DNA of 63,719 nt, filler included, from Sphaeroforma arctica JP610 (Eukaryota): assembly GCF_001186125.1 (NCBI RefSeq). It is 5 parts of 2 records of this genome, joined end to end, with 100 filler letters (N's around TTAATTAATTAA, not from the genome) between each part and the next. Parts side by side here need not be neighbours in the genome. Positions count along the whole stretch, not along the records: positions 34,661 to 52,394 come from NW_014040534.1; positions 52,495 to 58,429 come from NW_014040534.1; positions 58,530 to 63,719 come from NW_014040534.1; 2 more parts are not named here. The stretch is one strand, 5' to 3'. Positions 50,187 through 61,800 of this stretch are shown one piece after another (positions within the stretch are counted from its first letter, which is position 1; the number at the start of each line of letters is the position of its first letter). A model generated the notes under the pieces. That model was not told the origin of the DNA and did not search any database. It saw only the letters and a list, made by a program, of their open reading frames with translations. The translations under genes were made by a program, and so were the position numbers.

Positions 50187-51886
50187 ATGGCCACAGATGT
50201 TAAAATCTCCCTGGCCGATGATAGAAATATCACTACCCAAGCTGTGATAGTTAAAATGTCACAGAAGTACGACTTAATAGTCGGAATGTGTGATTTAATC
50301 ACTCTAGGTATAACCGTAACTGGTTTACCAAATAACATAGATCCATTAAAGGATCAATCAGACGATAACTGTCTGAAACCATATAAGCCCCTGTCAGACA
50401 CAGTCAAGGCATTAATACCTGACTTTGCGGACAAAATTACGGATCTGATTCTAGTAAATAAAAAATAAAGATCACAGATGTTTTAACGACGGATATGTCA
50501 GCCTTGACTTAACCAAGGTAGACTTTACTAAGCCCAAAAGCCCTTCAAGAAACTATGTTTCTTGGAGACACGAAGCTGTAGTTAAAGAACAAGTTGAGAA
50601 ATGGTTATCCGATGGGGTAATCAAAATTATTTACCAACCAACGCCAGTTAACTTAGCATTATTGGCAGTTGATCAACACAACTCTGACGGAACATCTAGA
50701 TATGAGTCCAATAAATAAGATATTGCCGACTCATAGTTTCCATCTCCCTCGTATAAACGAGTTACTGAGACGAATGGTAGGTGCTACGGTGTTTACATCC
50801 ATAGACCTAACACAGGGGTATCATCAAATGCAAATTTATGAACCCCATCGTAAGTACTTTAGTTTTACCTGGAAAGGGAAACAATACAGGTTCAGAGGTG
50901 CACCTTTCAGGTTGCACTCCTTACCAGCATTCTTCCTACAAGTAATGGAGGAAATGTTTGCAGACATGCCTAACGTGCAAGTCTATATAGATGACATAGT
51001 CATCTTTTCTAAGACTAATGGCGAACACGCCGCATTAGTCAGACGAGTCCTTAAGAGACTCAACGAGCAAAACTTCAAGATTAACGAGAAGAAATGTCAC
51101 TTCGCCATGAGCAAAATACAGCTCTTAGGCTACCGAATATCTAGGGAAGGGATTAAAATCGACCCCGGTAAGGTAGAACACCTGTTAGATTGGCGAACAC
51201 CAACTACAGGAAGATATATTAACAGCATGTGTGGGTTTGTAAACTTCTTTTCAGATGGAGTACCACACTTGGCAGATTACCTTAAACCTTTTGGACACTT
51301 AAGATGTCATAAAGGCAAACTAGGAGACTTGTGGACTAAAGAGTGTGATGACGCATTTAAAGCGCTCAAACACGCAGTCCAGCAAGCCTCTGTTGCACAA
51401 GGACCAGTCGATGGCGTGCCGTTTGAAATAGCAACGGACGCCTCCGACTTAGCCTTAGGAGAAGTATTATATCAGGTTATAAAAAATATACCGAGAAATA
51501 TACAATTCTTTAGTCGAGCAATGAATGCTTCACAGTTGAATTACCCAACTGTTAAACAAGAGCGAATAGCCATAGTGGCAGCTCTAACACACTTCCGAGA
51601 TTACTTATACGGAACAGCATTTACGCTGATGTGTGATCAGATATCTTTTCAATATATGAAAGAGATGAAACCCGACTCACAATTACTGAGTCGCTGGCAT
51701 GATACAATATCAAAGTTTCATTTTGATATAAAACATCTGCCAGGAATACATACCCATTTACCGGATATGTTATCACGCTTCGTACCGGACTTTAATAAAT
51801 CCGTACGTGAGTTACTAGCCACTGACTGGAAATGTAATCCCAGGTGGTTTGAACTGGCTAAAAGATATTTGGGTCACATACCATAG
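50187..51886 (+). pseudogene. Disrupted pol: aspartic protease fragment plus reverse transcriptase and RNase H
   Basis: Protease-like KYDLIVGMCDL (50187-50468); VKEQVEKWLSDGVI (~50581) in another frame; ORF 50669-51886 with LPRINELL, IDLTQGYHQ, YIDDIVIFS, KCHF, LLGY, ATDASDLALG, NYPTVKQE and DMLSR. Confidence 0.9.
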
Positions 51887-52725
51887 ATATGTTTGCTGCA
51901 CATCATAATGCACAACTATCGAATTACAGGACTTTAAATCATCCTTTGGGAGACGCCTTTTAACTAGTCCTCTCCAAACATAATGCGTGGGATAATCCAC
52001 ATGGCAGTTAATTGCCCAGCTATTAAATTATGTTCATGTACATAAGGCTACCATCACGCTGTGTTGCCCATTACGGAGTAAAGATCCATGGCTCAATAAA
52101 TTAATAAGCATGATACAATGCGAGCCAATATATTTAGATAGGGAAGTGGATACTTTCCTATATCAGGGTACCCGAGCCGTCCAGAAGACGCCCTGGAGAC
52201 ATACTATAATATGTCGTACAGGTCCCACTGGAACAACCAAATGGACCACTTCTGAGACCTTCCATAACAAGGTCAAAGAATCAGAGATTCCACTCTCTAC
52301 CCAATTGAACTTTAAGCAGTTCAAAGGCAACACAGCACTTGAAGTCTGTGTACAAGGTATACAATCTACTAATGACATTACTGTAAACTTCGATNNNNNN
52401 NNNNNNNNNNNNNNNNNNNNNNNNNNNNNNNNNNNNNNTTAATTAATTAANNNNNNNNNNNNNNNNNNNNNNNNNNNNNNNNNNNNNNNNNNNNCGTAAA
52501 CGCCTGCAAAAGTCACAAGCCAAAAAATATAGCATGTTTTCATCGTCTGAAGGCACTGAAGTTAAAACTTATCCGCTTACAGCATTTATCCCGAGCTTTA
52601 ATGTTCATCCTTCATATGTGCTTAAGACACTGAAGCGTAAGAAATGTCCAGTCGACCACCACGGACCTACTGTACCTATGCCCAAAACACACAGTGTAAT
52701 AGCCGGGCCTCCACATTAGACTCTA

Positions 52726-53446
52726 TGTTATAAACGTACTCTTAAGCAGTGCATAAACTATAAACGTACTCTTAATAGTACGAGGAACCTGAGTTTTCTA
52801 AAATGGGTTTTAACAGTTTTTATTAATTAATACCTTTTCCTTTTTGGATATCAGATATTTGGACAAGGCCATCAAAAGGTCCCAGTAAAATACCAAACAT
52901 AAGATTTGGTATAGTTCTATTGATAGAACTATATTTACTTTCCAAATCTATTTATATCTGAATACTTCGGTAGCGAGATGGCTCAACCGAATATAGGCTT
53001 CTAGGGACTAATAGCGTTACCTAGTTTAATCTCCGTTCAGCCCACCAGATGTGCCAGTCTGATGAAGGCTAAGTCGGTAATTCGTGATAAGTGGCAAGTT
53101 ATTGGTTAATGCAATACCTAAGGACATTTTTTCTTCTTCTTCTAACGATAGGATTTTATGAGTCTCTCGGATTAGTCCCAACGAAACATACCATAGTTTC
53201 TAATAGAGCGACAACAAAACGCTAAATAAAATCCCTTCGGCGGAAACAGTACTTATAGGATTATATATAGGCAATGTCTCACTCTCACAATCCCTCAGAG
53301 TATTGCTGTTTTTACGAGGCATACCTAAATTTACTAAAAGACACATTTCGTTTATTTATTTCGAATTCAACTATACCTAGACTTAACCTAAGCATTTAAT
53401 TACTCTAAAGCGTTAATATCGCCTTGATAGACCGAAGAAACTTACA
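52726..53446 (+). repeat. LTR copy 2
   Basis: Colinear with LTR 1 but with many substitutions and indels. Confidence 0.85.
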
Positions 53447-54199
53447 CAGCGGGCTAGTAGCTCATATTGTCTGGTTTTGTGCGATTCAACACTCAGATGG
53501 ACCTATTGCTTTACTTTTATTTAAGCCGCCTACATAAGAAACCTTTGACACTTGCCACTCTCGACCTTCCGACCAAACATTGTATACCTGGATCTTCTTT
53601 ATAATTTGATACATTTACTAGTCCTTCGTTCACCGGAAAGCATCGCAGTCTGCTGTATACACTGCACTATCCTGCGATCACAATAAACTTGACCAATATT
53701 AATCAGGTAGTCGCATTTAGCGCTGCACCACCCAACTACCACTATATTGCTCTTCTTCGTATCCTGCAATATACATCTTGCCGAGACAGTTTATTTGATT
53801 TCGCTACACCCCCGTAGTGTTATTGCCACTCACAGAAGCAAAAGATAACTCTGTTTACTAGCGAGGATGAACAATGCGAGATCCGAGACCACCCGATCAA
53901 CTGTATTGCTCGGAACGTCTTGATCGCTATTGTATATTGTACTCTCAATCTACATACTAAGTTGTACACTAATCAGAGTGCATTTGAAATTGCTCTTCAG
54001 CATGTTTATGAAGGTCCTTCTGGTTGCTTGATATTGTCAGATATAATGATAAACCTTTTACATAAAATTGCTTTGACAGTAGGTTTCTATAATGTACTGT
54101 GTTTACAGGGAAATTCTAACGCGCACAGATATAAAACAATAAATATATATTTGAAGCCCGCTAGCTACAGCCCAGTGAGCCCACGGGGCGACGCAGCCG

Positions 54200-54501
54200 C
54201 ATAGGGATTATATTATTTATTTCAAAGGAGATTAGTTACAATGTATGTACGTATGTTATGTCACTCATAGCTCTTGTAGTGGTTCGGGGAAGATCGATGG
54301 GAAGAAGTGGTCAGTAAATTACCGTTTGAAGCTTGGGCCAAGTGAGTCGACAATGGAAGATATGCGCTGGGTCAATTCAGGCCAGTGCTGACAAAAAACT
54401 GACACCATCGAGTTTGCCACATATTCGCTTGCTGACCTACTAAGTAACGTACCCAGCTTTGTGGTACGGATTGGGTCTGCACCGTGTACAAAGTGCCGTG
54501 G
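54200..54501 (-). repeat. Dispersed repeat, copy B (inverted relative to 48475-48779)
   Basis: The reverse complement aligns with copy A over ~300 bp. Confidence 0.85.
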
Positions 54502-55479
54502 AAGCACAAATACATGACTCTCCGTTTTCTCTGCCTTGACGGCATGACCTCTGGCCTCTGGAGGAAGGGGGTCCCTCTGAAGGCATCGAGTTCCGGAGGA
54601 GCGGTCGAGGGATGATTTTTCATTTTCTTCTCCCCTCCCCGGCCGAGAGAAAACTGAAAAGAGGCCAGCCGCCAGACCAGACTTTTCAAAAAAGTCCAGG
54701 AGTCCAGGCTCCAGGCTCCAGGAGGCTCCACCAAGCTCCACCAGGCTCCAGGACCAGGACCAGCAGGTATAAAAAAATCATTGAAATCATCTGTCACAAT
54801 TTTTTTCTTCCAAAAACGTTCTCCCGACTCTTTGAGCCCCGACTTCCCCGGAGATATTAGTACATAATACAAAACACCGCTACTCTGACTCACAGAGATG
54901 GAAAGTGGAAACTACGACGGATTTGTTCTAAAAATTAATTTTGTTTTGAGCGGAAAGGCCGCAGGCCCGAAGCCCGAAGCCCGAAGCCCGAAGGTGTGTA
55001 GAGTGTACCCAAACACAGCAGAGCCTCTCATATTTACTCGTAGAGGTCGTCCGAAATCAGTCAAATCGGTGAAATCAGTCCCGGAAGCAAAACAAATATT
55101 TTATTTATACACATATATATTTTTATTTAAAACTTGTTGAATATTTTACTCTCTCACTTCTTGTAGTTGATATAACATAAAGCGCTCAAAACGTTATATT
55201 TATATTGAAACAGACAGGTGTCACTGTCTATGCCATATAAACGTTATACCGTTTATAAACCCAAAAAATTGGACACGTTTACCATACATAGCCTTAAAAA
55301 TTCATAGCCAAATGATAACAAATAAATTAGATCAAGTTTACGTTGTTTTACTTATGAGGCATTCGGATTGATGTGACCGATCCATCGATCATATAAATAC
55401 ACCTACTAAAACCACGGCCCACGCATACGCACGTAATCAAAGCACTTTAATATACGTCAAGTTGATATATACAATCAGT

Positions 55480-57643
55480 ATGCTCAATCCTTTAGTCGAC
55501 ACAGCGTTAGAGTACTATAACTCGGCTACCGATGCAGTCGGTGGGATCATCCGATCCGGCGCTGATGAAGTCTTTGACTTCACAGAACAACACATAGGCG
55601 AGATTAGTCAAGGATGGCGTCTAGCTATTTTGTTTGGCCTGGGATTTTTCATGCTACTATGCATGACGATATATGTTTACAATATGGAAGACGAATACGC
55701 CGAGAAACGGAAAAACAGAGGTATGTCCTGGTCTTTGTTTATCCATCGCGAAATCAAGTGCACAGGCATCTTTAATACACGTATATCTGACTGTAAAACA
55801 AGTGACTATATTCATTGTTCAAATATTACTCTGACATGTGGAATCACTCGATGTGTGTTTCGCGGAAGAGCTGAATCGGGGGGTGGTTTTTTGAGATATC
55901 TGGTACATAAATGCAGAAAGTTGTACACTAATCTACGTTCGCTTTTCTATGTGCTCGTTATATCACTGGATTTTCCCCCCATCTGAACGGTAATACATGA
56001 GCATACACGGACATGCATGATCATATGTGTTTGTGTATGACCATGGACAATCACGCACAAGATATCATTCTACGTGGTTCATGATGGATGCATAGATGCT
56101 CGATATTAATTGCCAGTTTTGTCTGTATCAACTGATCCCTATCGGTACCTCCATACATCATCGAGTCAACAATTCAAATTAAGAAGTTTCGGAAGCTACC
56201 AGCTAGTTTCAATCAGATCTAGTGCATTTTTGGCAGGGCATATTTAATATTTTACTTATCAAAACGCACACAGGATCACCTGCCCCTCCCAGGCCGAGGC
56301 CTTCAAAGCCAGTGAGGAAGTACGATACGGTCTCGTTGATGACCTTAAATATTTTGAACTATGTCCTGGCGATTTGCAGCATCTTAATTATTATGCCAGG
56401 TAATTTGATAGCTCACTACCTAGCGATGTCAATCATATCTGCGGTTATACGTGCAGACTATAGTATCATATGTCTGCATAACATAACTGATGTCTTTATC
56501 AACGTTGAGACGCTAGGAGTCAAGCCCACACAGTACGAACATAGGGACTGAGATGCTTATTTGTTCTGAAACGCTCAATTTTATTATTATACAACTACCC
56601 GATCACATTTTTACGTGCAATTTACCTTCCTTCAGGTGCTATGGGTCTAAACGCAATTTTGAGCCATAGTTTCGAGTGGGACGAGCCTCACTACGGTTTG
56701 GAATACAGGGGACGAGATATCATTGCAAACTCTGCTTTCATTCTATTAGGAGTGGCCTGCATTATCGGGTTCCTGTATCCCGGTAGGTGTATGTGCAAGC
56801 ACAGCATGCCAGCTGTTCACTGTTTCTCATACATTTCGCTATTTTGCGCGGACCATTAACCTTTTTTTGCGATCTTGCGTATACTTTCATTAGTGTTAAA
56901 AGATCGTCTATGCTATATAGTGCTTGCTTGTAGTTTAAATCCACACTAGCGAGTGTTAGCACCTTCACTTAAGTGCCATTTGGGATCGCATGACAAATGT
57001 TTACGCTCTTATTTTCTCCTATTGATACACTTTCCCGGTCTTGCGTACTGTAGTATATCGAAGCCAGCAAATAATGAAATACGGCACAGAAATCGAAGGT
57101 GTCGTAACAGCATCTGTTCCCGACTATACCATTTCGGTTTTCATCTTCCCCGCATCCCGCATTGAGTGGTCATACAAACCTGAAGGAAGTCAGCGCGAAG
57201 AAGAGGGCTTATGGAAGTCGACACCCTTCTCTACGTAAGTCATTGTGATTGAAATACCGAATCATTTTTCATAACTATACTCTTCGGGATCGGAATACAA
57301 TTGTCACTCATATTTCATAATGACACATATAGCGCACGCACCCTGGTGTTTAAAGGAAACACAATCTGGAGTTTAAAGCTTTATTCCTAGCTCTCTTATG
57401 TCGATACAAACAAGATAGACCTATTTTTACTCGACGTGTTCATATTAAGAACATCTTAGATACGAACATGTCGCTAATGTCTACTTTTACAAACGACTAT
57501 GGTCACATCACAGGTGGGCTCGGACGAATTATCCAGAAGGTTCAAAAGTTACTGTCATATATGATCCGGAGAACCCACAAAACTCTATATGTCCGTCGCT
57601 TCTATCGATGGAGTACACCAACTACGAGGACAAGACAAAATAA
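55480..57643 (+). CDS. 274-aa multi-pass membrane protein with a C-terminal DUF3592-like domain
   Basis: Phase-consistent exons 55480-55720, 56274-56399, 56636-56782, 57054-57234, 57514-57643 (825 nt, TAA). Three hydrophobic segments are followed by KYGTEIEGVVT..IEWSYKPEG..YPEGSKVTVIYDPENPQNS, which resembles the DUF3592 G-x2-V-x-V-x-YDP-x-NP signature. Confidence 0.75.
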
Positions 57644-58553
57644 AAAAAATCAGGTATATTAAAAAGTAAAGTTCACTAGTTCTAAATTCCGCATGGTTTA
57701 ACGATGACGCTGGCATGTTTCGATCAACAAGCTGTGCTACGAGTATAAATCCCGATAAGAGTACTTAGATGTATATTTTTACAGTGTTGGAAGCCGTTTG
57801 AGCAGACCAATATCAGTCTCTGAAATGAACGATGCCTAATGTATAGTGACAAAATTGGCTCTGCTACGATAAGTTCATACTTCTGTGCAGTATTATCAAA
57901 ATGTTATGAAAGATGCTGGCGTTATTTGCATTTAGCTGTATTTTTTTCCGCGCGTGTTGGATTGTTCCGGGCTTGCTTCTTGAAGGTTAAGCTATGCGCA
58001 TAGAAGAAAAGACCTATATAGTAAAGGTGTGAGAGGTTCTGAGTAGATTGTTGTTGTGATAGCGCTCCCAACAAATTGAATAATACTGAGCGTATCTGGC
58101 AGTGAAAAATATGTTAGCAAGAAATATTCAAACAATAATCCTCCTCTTTTGATGCGATATTTACAAGTTTGATATATCATCATGGTAAGAGTGTTTTCAT
58201 TCTGTTCCATTAGGAGCATGTGTAGGACTCTATTTTCCCAGGTGCGACCGGGCGATGTTTACAGTCCGATATATGGATAGTTCTAACCAGATAAGTGAAT
58301 GGAGCCGATTGTGTAGAAAGAGGTACCGTGCACCAATAAGTCATGAAGGTAACCGTCAATGACAAATATGCGTCGATGTGATTATAGGTAGTTCCATTGT
58401 GTATGCATATATGAATATACTTCGATATCNNNNNNNNNNNNNNNNNNNNNNNNNNNNNNNNNNNNNNNNNNNNTTAATTAATTAANNNNNNNNNNNNNNN
58501 NNNNNNNNNNNNNNNNNNNNNNNNNNNNNTATACACACACACACACACACACA

Positions 58554-58596
<43 letters not shown>

Positions 58597-58876
58597 AAGC
58601 TTATGCAACTACTTTGTTCTGAGAACCACTTTGTTTTGAGCATAATTAGCCCTCTGCCCCTTACTAGGGTAGATGCGTACTCAAGCATTCACCTTCAGCG
58701 AACAAAAGCATGACAGGCCCTCGTAACTGTGTCTAACTGCTACACACCATTGACCTAAACAGAACCCACAAACCCCATACGAACCACAGTACACATACTT
58801 GTATCGTATCTAGCACTCAAAAACGGAGATCCCTGATATATCATTACACAGACAACATGAACCTCAGATTTCGTAC

Positions 58877-61800
58877 CTGGTTCAGACCCTCGGGTGTGAC
58901 ACCCACTCCCACCATCAACGGCCCGGCAGTGTGGAGGGCTTCAGCAGGACTAGAGAGTACAGTGGTCAACATCCCTTTCAGATCTGATGGATAAGCATAG
59001 GATGGATTGATAGGTCGGTTGGGCTAGTTAACTATTGTGCATGAGAGTACAGTGGTCAACATCCCTTTCAGATGTGATTGATAAGCATAGCATGGATTGA
59101 TAGTTCGCTTGGGCTTAGTTAACTATTGTGCATGAGAGTGCAGTAACCAATATCCCTTTCAGATCTGATGGATAAGTATAGCATGGATTGATAGTTCGCT
59201 TGGGCTTAGTTAACTATTGTGCATGAGAGTGCAGTGATTAATATCCCTTTCAGATCTGATGGATAAGCATAGCATGGATTGACAGGTCGGCCGGGTTTAG
59301 TTAACTATTGTGCATGAGAGTGCAGTGAACAACATCCCTTTCAGATCTGATGGATAAGCATAGCATGGATTCATAGTTGACGTGGGCTTAGCTAGCTATT
59401 GTGCATTTACTGCAGTGTATGCAAGTGCGAATGAACTATACGCTTCCGTGAGTAATCTGTATGGGTTTGTAATGTGGCTCACCCCAACTGTATCCCAGTG
59501 GAAGTACTGCCCTACATTCGGGCTCAGGTTAAGCTTAAAAACACCATTGTAGGTTTTGGTAATTCAATTGAGGTTGGGTGGATATACAACGAGTGAACAT
59601 GCGTTGGTACGGCAGTGGAGTCAACATGCTTCTACGTCTATGTTAGCTTAGCTTTGGGGCTTGGGGTGACAACCTATGCACGTGCTGCTTGCTTCTATGG
59701 GGGTTGGTACGACTATGTGTGAGGCGCTTCGAGTTAAACGCCTTGATGAAGTAAAAACGACCGCGATTGACCCAGCCACACTGGGGGGGGGGGGGGTGGG
59801 TGGAAAATGTACTTAGAGATAGAACAGCCCTACAAAACAATACCCACCCCATAGAAGGCAGTCCCAAAACAATACCCATCCGATAGAAAGCAGTCCCAAA
59901 GGCAATGCGCGATTGGTGGCGCTACTGTGGCATATTCGATACGACTCACTTAGAGATGGAGCAGCCTTAAAAAACAATACCCACGGGCGAACTTAGTCCC
60001 TAACAGATGCACTGGTTGCTTAAGTAGCACTGGGTAGTCAACGTCTCTAGGTCTGTTTGAGATTTGAGATGTTTAGTCCCTGACACATGCACTGGTTGCA
60101 AAAGTAGCACTGGTTAATCAACGTCTCTAGGTCTGTTTGATTTTTGAGATGTTTAGTCCCTGACACATGCACTGGTTGCTTAAGTAGCACTGGTTAGTCA
60201 ACATCTCTAGGTCTGTTTGAGATTTAAGACGTAGAGGGTGGATGTGTGTAAGCACCATGCCCATGCGCGTATTCTGTATGCGTGTGCTTGGTGTACTGAT
60301 CCCACACCCGTTATAGGAAAGCGTGCTTGATAGTGGGCGTGTTAGTGGTACGACTTTACATCGACTATGCGACTGACTGTAGAATCATCTAAGCGAACAC
60401 GCGTTAAACTGCAGTGTACTGTGTCTGTCGGTTGGTGTGTGTGTACCTGTTGTGCCCCCGAAATTGTGCAGCATGTTCCAGATGAACGGTTTGCCAAAGT
60501 AGTTCCTCAACCGCCTCCACACAGGAACAGTCTCACTGTACAGGTCCAGGACGGTCATATCTGTTGCGTCCATACCCGACAGATACGCCTGCGAATTCCG
60601 TGGTTGTCGCCAGGTGATGAGTTGATGTGCAAAATAGACTTAACGTGATGATATAATGTGCAAGTTAACTGAATGAAGAGGATATGAAACCGAGAGCCAC
60701 TCCATGGTGAATGTGCGGTCATAAGGTATGCTTGGATAAACACACTTGCCTCACAACATAGGTCTGGTCACATTCCCCACGACTCGCGTGTAAGGTGTAT
60801 GGTGCGTACTCAGATAATTAAGGGTTGAAGATTTAGGACTTAGGGTACATAGTGCGACAGTGGATCGCCTGTTGTCACATTGTCCTCCAGCGCATCGCCT
60901 GTTTCGAGTGTATTGTGGAGGGTTCCACAGGCACTCACAAAGCACACAGAGCACTTTATCCAACCCTGGCTATCTAGGCTTGAGTACACACACGCACACG
61001 TCACTCACCTCTACCCGATCAGCAGTCCACGTGCCAGTATCGTAACTGAACGTCCAGCCCTGGGAGGCGTATGTGGGAAGCGACGGTAGAGGTTATATGC
61101 GGATACATATGCCAAGCACAGATACACACGCAGGAATAAATTCGGTTGAACTACATTTGTTGTGGATGGTGACAGCCAAAGCCACACCATGCAAAAATGA
61201 TAATAATAGTATGCTTATTTTCAGCCGATCAAGTATTTTCGAATACAAGTATATACTCTTTTGTATAACTACATTAGGTGATGAGTCATCGGTGCAGATG
61301 AGTAGTACAGACGACGGACGGTGCCTTTCGCTGCTTTCCGATGGTATCAGACACCTTAGCATAGGAGATGAATGGGGTACGTTTGGAGTGATTCATGCTC
61401 AATCTAACTGTCAGCGTGAATACACCACTAAATCAGTCTATACATATAACTTGGAGACGGGTTTCTCTGAGCATGTGTTCAAGGCTATCTTGTTACACTT
61501 AACTCCACTGACATCCGATTCAAGAACGTCACGCGCTGCACACATCAGCCACGTCCCATGCGGACAGCACACAAAATCACTTGCACACCACCTGAACGAT
61601 CAGTCCTCGTCGGTCTACGTATGACTTCAGGAATAAACAAACCTGTTTCCTACGCGACAGGGATTTGAACACTCGCTATAAAGTTGTTCCTGTTCTACAT
61701 GCATGAGCCAGTCTACCTACCTACATGAGCCAGTCTACCTACCTACATGTGCCAGTCTACCCACCTGCACGAGCCAGTCTACCTACCTGCATGAGCTAGT

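Larger units (their letters stand above)
48778..53446 (+). mobile_element. Decayed Ty3/Gypsy LTR retrotransposon (integrase region not visible; assembly gap inside)
   Basis: Two homologous ~720-bp TG...CA repeats (48778-49494, 52726-53446) bracket a gag-like ORF, a protease fragment and an RT-RNaseH ORF in Gypsy order. Confidence 0.85.

Noticed and set aside
57992..58240. Minus-strand NRVLHMLLMEQ as the next NAGLU exon
   Set aside because: There is no AG acceptor in the required phase, and the downstream residues do not resemble GH89.
61650..61682. Minus-strand GTTCAAATCC T-loop/B-box-like motif as a tRNA
   Set aside because: No acceptor, D or anticodon arms could be built. At most it is a SINE fragment.
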